Source: Chloroflexota bacterium
GTDB taxonomy: Bacteria > Chloroflexota > Anaerolineae > Aggregatilineales > J027
Assembly: GCA_003697365.1 (NCBI GenBank)
Contig: RFGP01000009.1
Location: 1-52,803 of the forward strand
Direction of reading: 5' to 3'
Length of the DNA stretch: 52,803 bases
The notes below the pieces were generated by a model. It was not told the origin of the DNA, did not search any database, and saw only the letters and a list, made by a program, of their open reading frames with translations. The position numbers and the translations under genes are program-made. The stretch's first letter is position 1; each line of letters starts with the position of its first letter. Below are positions 1 to 9,042 of this stretch, one piece after another.

Positions 1-24
1 CGCACAGCATATGCAACAGGGGGA

Positions 25-1794
25 TTGGTTGCAATAGCAGTATTAGCGCTTGTCGGCTTTTTGATTTACGGCTTTGTGACCCGTGATCGTGGTGATGCGC
101 AACGAACCATTGATACAAGAGGATTAGTAACGGCCGGACCTATTTACACACCAACCATAACCCCAACCCCAACGCTAAACCCCAACACACCCATTCCAAG
201 CGGTTTATTCGCCACGCCAACGCCCATCGCTATTGCGGGTTTGCCGCGCGGAAATGAGCTCATCCAACCTACACCTACGGATATTTATCCGCCTATTCAA
301 CAAGTGGAAATACGCAATGCATTACCTGCCTTTGAAAGGGGTGATTATCTCGTCATTCGTGAAATATCGACTCCTTTCCAAAGTGCAGAGTCACGGGCGT
401 GTTATGCAGAAACTTACTATTATGATGCTATCGGCCGAGCTAAAGAGGGCGGCACTGATAATCTCAACACCGCCGAGATGTTGCTTGAGCAAGCGCTAAA
501 TTTTGAAACAGAAGCAGGCTTTGATAATACTTGCCAAGATTCCCCGCTTATCAAGGCAGGTTTATGCTTTGTGCTCTATCAACGTGCTACTGCTTCAAAC
601 AGTGTTCGTGAAAGCGTATTAAATCAAGCGTTGCCAATCTGCCAAGAAGCTCATAACGAAGACGAGCGCCTTGTTGATGCAGCGTTGTATTTAGCAGATG
701 TTTATCTCGCATTAGGTGATGCGGCATCAGCCATAGAAGTATTAGAGGAGACGCGAAACTATACCTTTGGGCAAGGAGTAAGACCGAATCTAGGTAATTT
801 GAAATTATTGTTCAAGCTGGCGGATGTTGAAGTCCAACGTGGCAATTATGAAGGTGCCCTAGACTATATCCGTACAGCTTTATATGTTGACCCACTTTCA
901 GAGCCCGCATTGAAAAAACTCGTTGAGATCAATTTATTATTAGCCGAAAATGCATCCTCAGCGCGTGAAAGAAGAATTCGCTATGGGTATGCTGCTGTTC
1001 TTGCAGAAGAACAATATCTCTCACGCTATCCGGGTTCAGCATGGGGCTATGTCTTCGTGGCAGAGGGGCGCATTCGTGAAGGAAATCCTGAACGTGCCTT
1101 AGACTATCTGGAGCGCGTTTTACAAGTTGCCGACCAAGTTGGTGTTGACCCTCTCGCCGTAGAACGTGCCCAAGCTCTACGCGCTGAAATCGCAATGATG
1201 CAAAGTGATTGGCAAACTGCACTACAATATCTCAATGTGTTGATCGATAATGCACCTGATAATCTCCAATGGCGAGAATGGCGCAAGGATGCAGCCCTTG
1301 CGTTAAAAGATTATGACACAGCTCTCGACGATCTTGAGTTCTTGACGCGCCAATCCCCAGAGCGAACGGATTGGATATTGCAAGAAATGCAATTACTCAG
1401 TCAGACTTGCCAATATACATCTGCCATTCGTTGTAATCCGCGTCGTGTACAAACAACACTGACAGACGAATTTATAGCATCTTTAGATGAAGCAGCTGCC
1501 GCAAAGGCAAGGTTATATCTTGCTGAAGCTATATTTGCCGAACTTCCTGCCGACGAAGAAGTTGATGTCTCCACGCTACAATCTTTAGCTGAAACGGTTA
1601 CCGCCACACTTCGCACAGAGCAAACAGCGGAAGCATATTATCTTTTAGGGCGTATTTATGATCGATTAGGTGAATATGAAAAAGCCATCGAGGCTTACGC
1701 TTGGGTGATATACTGGGCTGAACGTTATGCTTATCCCTTCGCAGATGAAGCGCGCGCTGCCCTAGAAGCAGCTCAAGAAGCAATAGAAACCTAG
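25..1794 (+). CDS. Membrane-anchored TPR-repeat protein with Pro/Thr-rich linker
   Basis: 589-aa ORF. It has an N-terminal hydrophobic helix (VAIAVLALVGFLIYGFV), a PT-rich linker (TPTITPTPTLNPNTP), then TPR-like helical repeats (e.g. AEAYYLLGRIYDRLGEYEKAIEAY). The frame is open back to base 1, so the true start may lie upstream of the window. Confidence 0.6.
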   Translation: MVAIAVLALVGFLIYGFVTRDRGDAQRTIDTRGLVTAGPIYTPTITPTPTLNPNTPIPSGLFATPTPIAIAGLPRGNELIQPTPTDIYPPIQQVEIRNALPAFERGDYLVIREISTPFQSAESRACYAETYYYDAIGRAKEGGTDNLNTAEMLLEQALNFETEAGFDNTCQDSPLIKAGLCFVLYQRATASNSVRESVLNQALPICQEAHNEDERLVDAALYLADVYLALGDAASAIEVLEETRNYTFGQGVRPNLGNLKLLFKLADVEVQRGNYEGALDYIRTALYVDPLSEPALKKLVEINLLLAENASSARERRIRYGYAAVLAEEQYLSRYPGSAWGYVFVAEGRIREGNPERALDYLERVLQVADQVGVDPLAVERAQALRAEIAMMQSDWQTALQYLNVLIDNAPDNLQWREWRKDAALALKDYDTALDDLEFLTRQSPERTDWILQEMQLLSQTCQYTSAIRCNPRRVQTTLTDEFIASLDEAAAAKARLYLAEAIFAELPADEEVDVSTLQSLAETVTATLRTEQTAEAYYLLGRIYDRLGEYEKAIEAYAWVIYWAERYAYPFADEARAALEAAQEAIET

Positions 1795-1806
1795 CTTTAA
1801 AGGTAA

Positions 1807-1836
1807 ATGACCCCTATTTTAAAGAGTAGGGGTCAT
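1807..1836. terminator. Stem-loop between the convergent TPR gene and ssrA
   Basis: Perfect 9-bp inverted repeat ATGACCCCT (1807-1815) / AGGGGTCAT (1828-1836) with a 12-nt loop. It lies between two convergent 3' ends. The flanking T-tracts are weak. Confidence 0.5.
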
Positions 1837-1845
1837 TGAATAAAG

Positions 1846-2235
1846 TGGACGTGGCCGGAATCGAACCGGCGTCCGCAGAGCTGGCTATTACGCTTCTACA
1901 GGTTTAGCTGTTTTTTTGTTTTCGCCAACAGTAGCCCGAAACAGCACGGTACACTGTTGACTAGCCGATAAGAATTTCGGCGATGGTTTTATCGGCGTGA
2001 ACCTCGCCTACGTCATCTTTGGTGTCGCCCGCCAAGCCATCCGGATGACGACGGATGGGACGGACGGCTAGGTACTTCTCTGACCTAGCACTCTGGCTAC
2101 GCCGAAATTAGGCGGCGTAAGCGAGAGCTGGAGTGTTGTTATTGGCACTTATTGTGCTTGCCCAGTATTTACGTGTTTGGGCGACACGACCTGCAACGCA
2201 ATAGCGTCCTTCCACGTCGAATCCACTGCACGCCC
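1846..2235 (-). ncRNA. ssrA: tmRNA (transfer-messenger RNA)
   Basis: The minus strand starts GGGCGTGCAGTGGATTCGACGTGGAAGG and ends GGACGCCGGTTCGATTCCGGCCACGTCCA. This gives an acceptor stem with a G3:U pair, a T-arm GGTTCGATTCC and a discriminator A. An internal tag ORF (2108-2146, minus) reads GCC AAT AAC AAC ACT CCA GCT CTC GCT TAC GCC GCC TAA = ANNNTPALAYAA*. Confidence 0.93.
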
Positions 2236-2416
2236 TTGTTAAAGTGCGTTTACATTATACAATGTTTTTCGTTAATATTCTATTGGAAACTTGCTTGTAC
2301 AAACGAAATTTACTGAAAATATTTCACAACGCCAAAGATTAATATTATAATGAAGTTACCTATTAAAAACGCTGAAGGATGGAGACAATCTGACTTTAAA
2401 AGCTGGAGACAACCCA

Positions 2417-3004
2417 ATTACAGAACGACTATTTATTGCGCTTGAGCTTCCTCACAACTTGCAACGAGATGTGCAAAACGCAACACAGGCTTTGCGAGCT
2501 GTTGTTGGCCAACGCGAAGTACGTTGGGTACCTTCTGAAAACTTTCATCTCACCTTAAAATTTCTAGGCGATACAACTTCAGCTAAGAAACAACAACTGC
2601 AGGAAGGCATAAGCACAGTTGCCGCCCAAATGCGAACTTTCTCAGTTTTATTAGAAAGCGTTGGTTGTTTTCCAAATGTACATAAACCGCGCGTCATTTG
2701 GGTAGGTCTTCGAGACACTTCACAGCACCTCATTGCTTTGCATAAGCAAATTGAAGTAATGTCGCAAGCATTAGGTTTCGCAACAGAAGAAAAACCCTTT
2801 CATCCTCATATAACATTAGGCAGAATCAAAGGCCACATCAAAGATCGCACTACTTTGCGTAGAATCGGCACTCATGTTGAACAATTTGATCTAAGCATCA
2901 TTGGAGAATGGCCTTGTACAGCTATTTCATTAATGGCAAGCCGCCTCACACCGAGCGGTTCAATTTACACTTGTCTATATAAAGCACAACTTAAAACGTC
3001 ATAA
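2417..3004 (+). CDS. thpR: RNA 2',3'-cyclic phosphodiesterase (2H phosphoesterase, LigT/ThpR family)
   Basis: Two HxT/S motifs are present (FHLTLKFLG and HPHITLGR). The ORF track starts at TTG 2459, but the conserved N-terminal strand ERLFIALELP lies in frame upstream. The start proposed here is ATT 2417, 7 nt after GGAGA (2405-2409). No ATG/GTG/TTG occurs in frame after the stop at 2351. Confidence 0.8.
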   Translation: MTERLFIALELPHNLQRDVQNATQALRAVVGQREVRWVPSENFHLTLKFLGDTTSAKKQQLQEGISTVAAQMRTFSVLLESVGCFPNVHKPRVIWVGLRDTSQHLIALHKQIEVMSQALGFATEEKPFHPHITLGRIKGHIKDRTTLRRIGTHVEQFDLSIIGEWPCTAISLMASRLTPSGSIYTCLYKAQLKTS

Positions 3005-3027
3005 TAAACAAAAAGGAGCATCAATAT

Positions 3028-3414
3028 ATGACTGAACAAAATCTACAGACTTCCAATCCCTCTAAAGTTGAACCTCAAGAGCTAGCGCGATCGGTAGTCA
3101 ATATCATTGAAGAAATGAAAGGCGAGGATATTGTCTTAATCGATATTCAAGAATTAACACATGTCACCGACTACTTCATTGTTTGTACTTCTGATAACGA
3201 ACGTCAAGCAAAAGCAATTGTAGATCGTATCCGCGAAGACATAAAAGAGGCTTATCATCTTTTGCCATGGCAAATTGAAGGCACAGCAACTGGTGGTTGG
3301 ATTTTAATGGATTATGGACATGTTGTGGTTCATGTCTTTGATCAAGATCAGCGCGACTATTATGACCTTGAGGGACTGTGGCAAGCTGGACGAGTTTTAT
3401 TGCGTATTCAATAA
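3028..3414 (+). CDS. rsfS: Ribosomal silencing factor RsfS (Iojap family)
   Basis: 128 aa with the family-typical block DYFIVCTSDNERQAKAIVDRI ... WILMDYGHVVVHVF. A strong SD (AAGGAG) lies upstream. Confidence 0.85.
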   Translation: MTEQNLQTSNPSKVEPQELARSVVNIIEEMKGEDIVLIDIQELTHVTDYFIVCTSDNERQAKAIVDRIREDIKEAYHLLPWQIEGTATGGWILMDYGHVVVHVFDQDQRDYYDLEGLWQAGRVLLRIQ

Positions 3415-3423
3415 GGAACAAAC

Positions 3424-4008
3424 ATGTCCATTCAAGTTGCTATTTTAATTTTTGATGAAGTTGAAGTGCTCGATTTTGCGGGGCCATTTGAAGTATTTGC
3501 AATCACAAGCCAAGATAGCCCCAACAAGCCGTTTGATGTGTACCTTGTTGCTGAAGAAATGCGCCCCATTCGTGCAAGGCATGGCTTTAGTGTCAACCCG
3601 CATTATACCTTAGAAACTTGCCCCACCCCTGACATTGTTCTAGTTCCGGGTGGCAAAGGTTCACGCATCGCAAAAGAACGCCCCGCCATTCTCAATTGGG
3701 TACGCCATCATGCTCAACAAAACAAACTAACGCTTTCAGTCTGTACGGGTGCACTTATCTTAGGACGTGCAGGAATATTAGATGGACTTTCTGCCACCAC
3801 GCACTGGACTGCATTTGATCTTCTGGCAGAAAACGCTCCAAAGACTAATGTTCAGCGCAACATACGCTTTATAGACAATGGCCAAGTGATAACTTCAGCA
3901 GGTGTATCAGCAGGTATTGATATGTCTTTATATGTTGTCGCGCGTCTGTGTGGCATAGATGTGGCTCAAGAAACAGCGCGTGAAATGGAATATACATGGA
4001 CTCCTTAA
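3424..4008 (+). CDS. DJ-1/PfpI family protein (class I glutamine amidotransferase-like fold)
   Basis: 194 aa. A nucleophile-elbow Cys sits in LSVCTGALILGRAGIL, followed by ATTHW, which is typical of DJ-1/PfpI/ThiJ proteins. Confidence 0.75.
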   Translation: MSIQVAILIFDEVEVLDFAGPFEVFAITSQDSPNKPFDVYLVAEEMRPIRARHGFSVNPHYTLETCPTPDIVLVPGGKGSRIAKERPAILNWVRHHAQQNKLTLSVCTGALILGRAGILDGLSATTHWTAFDLLAENAPKTNVQRNIRFIDNGQVITSAGVSAGIDMSLYVVARLCGIDVAQETAREMEYTWTP

Positions 4009-4040
4009 AAAACACACCGCATCCTAACGGATACGGTGTG
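4006..4040 (-). terminator. Rho-independent terminator of the SBP gene (bidirectional hairpin)
   Basis: Hairpin CACACCG-C-ATCC taac GGAT-A-CGGTGTG (4013-4040). It is followed on the minus strand by a T6 run (complement of A-run 4006-4012). Confidence 0.6.
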
Positions 4041-4074
4041 CAAATTGTCTCTTATTTTAGCAAAGAAACTGAAA

Positions 4075-5280
4075 TTAGCTTTCGCTGCTGCTGGCCAAGA
4101 GTTCTTCAATAGCTTCTTGGGCAGCTTGTGCTGCTGTAGCGGGGTCTTCACCACCTTCGGTGACGGCAGTAATGGCATCACCCAATGAACCCCAGTAAGG
4201 ATCCATACCTTGTGTGGGAAGCGCAACGCCCAAAGCAAATTGTTGGCTAAAGGTTGCAATATAGGGGTCTTCAACTTCTACAGCATCGGAGGGTGGAATA
4301 TGACCAGCAATGGCAGCACCTAAAGCCAATTGTTCTGGGCTAGTAATGAAGGTCAAGAACTCTAGAGCGGCTTCCTCGTTATCAGTAATGCTGCTGATGT
4401 AGAAACCTTTACCACCGAAGAATGGGGCCCAGCGCACACCATCAACTTCTGGCAACAAGGCCAAGCCGAGTTTATCACCCAAATCTTCACGATAGGTGTT
4501 AAGATTCCAAGAACCATCAACAATCATGGCCGCTTGACCATTGCGGAAGAGGACGTTATCGCCAGTATACATTGCTTTGTTGGTCTCAAACACTTGGAGA
4601 TGACGCTCTAGATAACGGACTGCTGCATCATCAGTGTTCCACAAGTTGTTGAATTCTTCATCAAACAATTGACCACCCAAAGCGAAGTAAATGCCCGCTG
4701 TATGATAGAAGCCGGGGTTGAATAGCAAACCAACATCATCGCCTTCTGTCAATTCATTACCCAACTCAACCATTTCGTCAAAATCAGTGGGCACTTCATC
4801 ATCATCAATGAAGTCACGGTTGTAATACAAAGCTACACCATCAAGGGTTACGGGCACACCATAGGGTTCACCAGCTACAGCCATCAAATCCCAAGCGGCT
4901 TCACTGAGGTGGCCTTCCAAGTCAGTATCAGCAATAAGATCACCAAGTGGCTTGATCAAACCAGCACTCGACAATGGGCCTGCCCAGTCAGCTTGACCGA
5001 TTAATAAGTCAGGGCCTTCGCCCGTAGCAACAGCGTTTTCATAAGTAGTACGAAGATCATCAAAAGGAATAAAGCGCAATTCTACGGTAACATCACTATT
5101 TTCTTCAAAATTCTCGACCCATGTTTCCAGCAAATCTGCTTCTGCATCTTGCCAAGAGTGCCAAATGGTCAAGGTAGTATCTTGTGCAGCCACAGGTTGG
5201 TTGCTTGGAACGACACCGAAGCTCACCACCGCAAGCACTGCAACGAGTGAAAAAACACTCAGTTTACGAATAATGCTCAT
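4075..5280 (-). CDS. ABC transporter substrate-binding protein (sugar/family 1 type), orphan
   Basis: 401 aa with a signal peptide (SVFSLVAVLAVVSFG). The overall pattern resembles extracellular solute-binding family 1 (TIWHSW..., PFDDL..., DGSWN). No permease or ATPase gene is adjacent. Confidence 0.75.
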   Translation of the reverse strand: MSIIRKLSVFSLVAVLAVVSFGVVPSNQPVAAQDTTLTIWHSWQDAEADLLETWVENFEENSDVTVELRFIPFDDLRTTYENAVATGEGPDLLIGQADWAGPLSSAGLIKPLGDLIADTDLEGHLSEAAWDLMAVAGEPYGVPVTLDGVALYYNRDFIDDDEVPTDFDEMVELGNELTEGDDVGLLFNPGFYHTAGIYFALGGQLFDEEFNNLWNTDDAAVRYLERHLQVFETNKAMYTGDNVLFRNGQAAMIVDGSWNLNTYREDLGDKLGLALLPEVDGVRWAPFFGGKGFYISSITDNEEAALEFLTFITSPEQLALGAAIAGHIPPSDAVEVEDPYIATFSQQFALGVALPTQGMDPYWGSLGDAITAVTEGGEDPATAAQAAQEAIEELLASSSES

Positions 5281-5530
5281 AGTAAAAATTCCTCCACTTT
5301 GAGATTTTTTATAGATTGCAAAACAATTGCCCTCTGCCTAAGCATAGAGAGCAATCCACAGTAAAGTATAGCATGTCCTCTCAGAATTCAAAATGATTTT
5401 CATCTCATTCTTATGGATTTTTTGCACAATGCACAAGTTATTAATTTTGTGTAGCCTCTATAGGATATGCTGCAGTTGTGGGGTACAATAACCGCTCAAT
5501 ACTTCGTGATACCACAGTTGAGGAGTAGCA

Positions 5531-6985
5531 ATGTCTCTACTGGTTTATAACGTCTTAAAGCGCGAAAAAATGCCCTTCGAGCCCCTATATGAAGGGCGAG
5601 TGAATATGTATGTTTGCGGGCCAACCGTTTATGATGATGCCCATTTAGGACACGCTAAAAATTACGTCTCATTTGACATCATCAACCGTTATTTGCGCTT
5701 TTTGGGCTATGATGTGCTCTATGTTCAGAATATCACTGATGTAGGTCATCTTTTGGATACAGGAGAAGACCGCATCCTACGTAAAGCGCGACAAGCTGCA
5801 TCTACGCCAATGCAGATCGTTGAAACTTTTACGCGCAGCTATTTTGAAGATATGGATGCGCTTAAAGTGCTGCGGCCGGATATTAGCCCTCGTGCCAGTG
5901 CGCATATTCCCGAACAAATCCAAATGATTGAGACGCTGATCCAAAAAGGGTATGCCTACGAAGTCGATGGCAACGTCTACTTTTCAGTGCAATCTTACCC
6001 TGAATTCGGCAAACTCTCGAATCGGCGTGTAGAAGAACAAGAAGCTGGCACACGTGAAGCCGTTCGCTCAGACAAACGTCACCCCGCAGATTTTGCCCTT
6101 TGGAAAAAAGCCGATCCAGAGCATATCCTACGTTGGCCAAGCCCTTGGGGAGAAGGCTTTCCGGGCTGGCATATTGAATGTTCAGCAATGGCACGTAAAT
6201 ATCTTGGTGATACTTTTGACATTCATGGTGGGGGCATTGACAACATATTTCCACATAACGAGTGCGAAATAGCGCAGAGCGAAGCCTGCAATGACGCTGA
6301 ATTCGCGCGTTATTGGTTACTTGTTGGTAGTTTGATGGTGCCCGATGAATTTGGCAATCCGGTTAAAATGTCAAAGAGCTTAGGGAATTTCTATACCATT
6401 AAAGATGCATTAGCACTTTATCGTCCAGAAGTAATTCGCGCATTTATTGCAAGTGGACATTACAGCAACCCAATTACCTTTAGCACCCAAGCCCTAGAAG
6501 ATGCACAAACTGGCTGGAAGCGCATGTATACCGCTGTTCATTTTCTACGAGAAAGAATGCGTTTTGCCCCTGAAAGCGACGAAGGAAATAGCATTCTAGA
6601 AACAGTTCGCCAAACTCGCCAACAATTCCTTGATGCAATGAATGACGACTTTAACACGCCTAACGCATTGGCGGCGCTATATGCCTTAACCCGCGAAGTC
6701 AATGATATGCTCTATAGTAACACAACCATTGGACGCAACGTTCTAGTTGCTATCAATGATGCCTACACCGAATTAGGTGGAAACATTCTAGGAGTTGTTC
6801 CTGAGCAAACTGTCAATTGTAACCCAGAGCGTGAAGCAGACCTCATCCGCTTTTTAGTACAGATGCGTCGTGATGCCCGCAAAGCACGCAATTTTCAACT
6901 AGCAGATCAAATTCGCGACGAATTAGCTAAGCGTGGTGTTACAATTATTGATCCGACAAACGAAGAAAGTTTCTGGTACGTCTAA
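5531..6985 (+). CDS. cysS: Cysteine--tRNA ligase
   Basis: 484 aa with a HIGH-type motif (HLGHAKNY), the KMSKS motif (VKMSKSLGN) and the CysRS Zn-site context (CGPTVYD, WHIECS). Confidence 0.95.
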   Translation: MSLLVYNVLKREKMPFEPLYEGRVNMYVCGPTVYDDAHLGHAKNYVSFDIINRYLRFLGYDVLYVQNITDVGHLLDTGEDRILRKARQAASTPMQIVETFTRSYFEDMDALKVLRPDISPRASAHIPEQIQMIETLIQKGYAYEVDGNVYFSVQSYPEFGKLSNRRVEEQEAGTREAVRSDKRHPADFALWKKADPEHILRWPSPWGEGFPGWHIECSAMARKYLGDTFDIHGGGIDNIFPHNECEIAQSEACNDAEFARYWLLVGSLMVPDEFGNPVKMSKSLGNFYTIKDALALYRPEVIRAFIASGHYSNPITFSTQALEDAQTGWKRMYTAVHFLRERMRFAPESDEGNSILETVRQTRQQFLDAMNDDFNTPNALAALYALTREVNDMLYSNTTIGRNVLVAINDAYTELGGNILGVVPEQTVNCNPEREADLIRFLVQMRRDARKARNFQLADQIRDELAKRGVTIIDPTNEESFWYV

Positions 6986-6990
6986 TTCAT

Positions 6991-7767
6991 ATGGCAGAAT
7001 ATATTTATGGACGTTGGCCGGTGCTGGAAGCGCTACGGGCTAACAATCGACAATTTCAACAGCTATTATTGGTCGAGACCATTGAAGAAAAGGGAATCGT
7101 CCAAGAGATTACGAGCTTAGCGAATGCAAAGAACATTAACGTTCGTCGTGTTCCAAAACGCATTGTTGATGATCTCGCACGTGAAGGCAACCATCAAGGG
7201 GTACTGTTGCGCACAAGTGGCTATCGTTACTCTGATGTTGAAAGTATTCTTGAGTATGCACGTCAACGCAATGAACGCCCCTTTTTGTTATTGCTGGACT
7301 TATTGAAAGACCCGCAGAATGTGGGAGTTGTCTTGCGTATTGCTGATGCTGTCGGTGTACATGGCGTTATTATACAAGAACGACGTAGTGTAGGGATTAC
7401 GCCCGCAGTTGTTGCTGCATCATCTGGTGCTTCTGAGCACTTGAAGATTGCCCAAGTTAACAATCTCGTAAATACGATGAAACGCCTGAAAGAAGAAGAA
7501 ATTTGGTTAGTGGGCTTAGATATTGGCCCTGATACAAAACCAATTGATCAGGTTGACCTTAACATGGGCATTGGATTAGTGCTTGGCAGTGAAGGTGAAG
7601 GAATACGCCGCCTTGTACGTGAAACTTGTGACTTACTGGCAACACTCCCTATGCGCGGTCATGTTGAAAGTCTCAATGTCGCCACAGTAGGTTCAATTGC
7701 GCTTTATGCGGCATGGCAAGCACGCGGTTGGGAAGGATGGCATCCTCCCACCCCTACTGATACCTAA
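6991..7767 (+). CDS. rlmB: 23S rRNA 2'-O-ribose methyltransferase, SpoU/TrmH family (RlmB-like)
   Basis: 258 aa. SpoU motifs are present (LLLDLLKDPQNVGVVLRIADAVG; LVLGSEGEGI; PMRGHVESLNVATVGSIALY). It lies immediately downstream of cysS, a common arrangement. Confidence 0.85.
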   Translation: MAEYIYGRWPVLEALRANNRQFQQLLLVETIEEKGIVQEITSLANAKNINVRRVPKRIVDDLAREGNHQGVLLRTSGYRYSDVESILEYARQRNERPFLLLLDLLKDPQNVGVVLRIADAVGVHGVIIQERRSVGITPAVVAASSGASEHLKIAQVNNLVNTMKRLKEEEIWLVGLDIGPDTKPIDQVDLNMGIGLVLGSEGEGIRRLVRETCDLLATLPMRGHVESLNVATVGSIALYAAWQARGWEGWHPPTPTDT

Positions 7768-7771
7768 CTAT

Positions 7772-7798
7772 TGTCCAGATCAATCATTGATCTGGACA
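7772..7798. terminator. Perfect 13-bp palindrome between convergent rlmB and the HAD gene
   Basis: TGTCCAGATCAAT c ATTGATCTGGACA, followed by GTTTC. It begins 5 nt after the rlmB stop and overlaps the last codons (TVQIND*) of the minus-strand HAD gene. Confidence 0.65.
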
Positions 7799-8682
7799 GT
7801 TTCAAATTCCTTCTGAAAGCTCTGGGCTAATTCGGCCTTGTTAAAGCGCACAGCCGAAGATAAGCACAGCCTTACCCCTTTCATAAACACTTCTTGATAA
7901 GGGGTATTTTGCAAAGCATACCATCCTGCCACACCAGTGACCAGCGGCAATACAGGAGCAAGCGTGTTGGGATAGATAAAAATATCTGCTTCGCGCTCAA
8001 CCTTTTCACGAACCACAACGCCGCCAAAACCCACAAACAAATCTACGCCGTTCCCCTTTGTTGCCAAATCACTTGAGCCATCTCCAATAAAAAAGCGATG
8101 GCCAAATAAGTCGCCGGCCAATTCACGCACAACTTCGGGCTTTCCAGATGAAACAGTTAAAGGGCCTTCAGCAAAATCAAGATAACGTTTGTGTTTTTGA
8201 ACGGCTTGATCATAATAGCGCCACCATTCGCCAGAAAGTTCGTTATATTCTAATGAAACAGCGCGGATACGTTCAGGAGGTACGCCTAACCGCTTGCCAA
8301 AACCTGCCACAGCATCCAATAAACCACCGCTAATAATAAACACATATTTTTTTAAGTAATGAAGTGCAGCAATAACTGTTTCAGCATCGGGCACTAAACG
8401 TTCCCAATACAGCTGTTCAATCATGTCTAATTGTCCACGTGTGGGGCGAATGGCTTTCAACCGTTTACCATATACATCCGCTAGGTCTAAATCACCATCC
8501 ATTGCTTTCTGTGTCAAAACGCCGACACGCCAATCTTTACCTTTTAGGCGTGCTAATTCATCCACACCTTCTATTGTGCTTAAAGTGCTATCACAATCAA
8601 AAAATATAAGATCATAAGTAGTCCAACGTAGCATGTTGAGATACTTTCCATATAAAAATACAGCCTTTTTTATTGTACTCAC
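7780..8682 (-). CDS. HAD-IB superfamily phosphatase (phosphoserine phosphatase-like)
   Basis: DxDxT motif in LIFFDCDSTLSTIEGVDELA, plus a later GDGSSD motif. The ORF-track start is GTG 8682 with no SD. ATG 8634 (MLRWTTYDLIFFDCD) is an equally good or better start. Confidence 0.75.
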   Translation of the reverse strand: MSTIKKAVFLYGKYLNMLRWTTYDLIFFDCDSTLSTIEGVDELARLKGKDWRVGVLTQKAMDGDLDLADVYGKRLKAIRPTRGQLDMIEQLYWERLVPDAETVIAALHYLKKYVFIISGGLLDAVAGFGKRLGVPPERIRAVSLEYNELSGEWWRYYDQAVQKHKRYLDFAEGPLTVSSGKPEVVRELAGDLFGHRFFIGDGSSDLATKGNGVDLFVGFGGVVVREKVEREADIFIYPNTLAPVLPLVTGVAGWYALQNTPYQEVFMKGVRLCLSSAVRFNKAELAQSFQKEFETVQIND

Positions 8683-8739
8683 TTGATGATGAAAGGTAGT
8701 TGTTCGATTGTGCTAAAGAGGTGGTTTTCTTAAAATTAC

Positions 8740-8791
8740 CGATAACCGCGCCCAAAGCCCCTTGCTTTAGCGATGGGGATGTAGGGCGCTT
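8740..8791 (+). repeat. 52-nt hairpin-forming repeat, copy A
   Basis: CGATAACCGCGCCCAAAGCCCCTTGCTTTAGCGATGGGGATGTAGGGCGCTT. It matches the reverse complement of 13235-13286 at 49 of 52 positions. Internal stems are GCGCCC/GGGCGC and CCCC/GGGG. Confidence 0.85.
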
Positions 8792-8796
8792 GCTTA

Positions 8797-8805
8797 TGGT
8801 ATAAT
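8797..8805 (+). promoter_or_regulatory. Candidate extended -10 promoter element (TGgTATAAT)
   Basis: TGGTATAAT at 8797-8805, immediately 3' of repeat copy A and reading toward the GT2 gene. No good -35 element is seen. Confidence 0.35.
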
Positions 8806-8879
8806 ACAATCTAGACGCGCCTCAAAGAAGTAACCTAGTAATAATGATAATAGAGCGACGCAAAACCTACAAATTTAGG

Positions 8880-8960
8880 CTGTATGAAGACGGTGTAAGA
8901 CGTGTTTCGCACGCGACCGTTGTGGACGGCAAGAATCCCCTGCCTTTATGCATGGGGAGT
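8880..8960 (+). other. Possible IS200/IS605 right-end (omega-RNA-like) remnant with terminal GC hairpin
   Basis: ...GTGGACGGCAAGAATCCCCTGCctttatGCATGGGGAGTATGTCAAGC. The hairpin spans 8936-8958 (8 bp with one bulge). Its shape resembles the 3' ends I recall for TnpB-associated RNAs. No tnpA or tnpB ORF is present. Confidence 0.25.
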
Positions 8961-9042
8961 ATGTCAAGCTAGCATACTATCCAACAGCAAGCTATAATGC
9001 CGCCGTTCTATCAACAAAATTCAGTAGAAAGAATCAAAACCT

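Noticed and set aside
1795-1846. Genomic island integrated at the ssrA 3' end
   Set aside because: Only a hairpin and about 50 bp separate ssrA from a chromosomal TPR gene. No duplicated ssrA 3' fragment (att-like repeat) was noticed in the window.
8612-8809. 65-aa minus-strand ORF spanning repeat copy A
   Set aside because: It overlaps the HAD gene start region and reads through the 52-nt repeat (…RPTSPSLKQGALGAVIG…). It is more plausibly non-coding repeat sequence than a gene.
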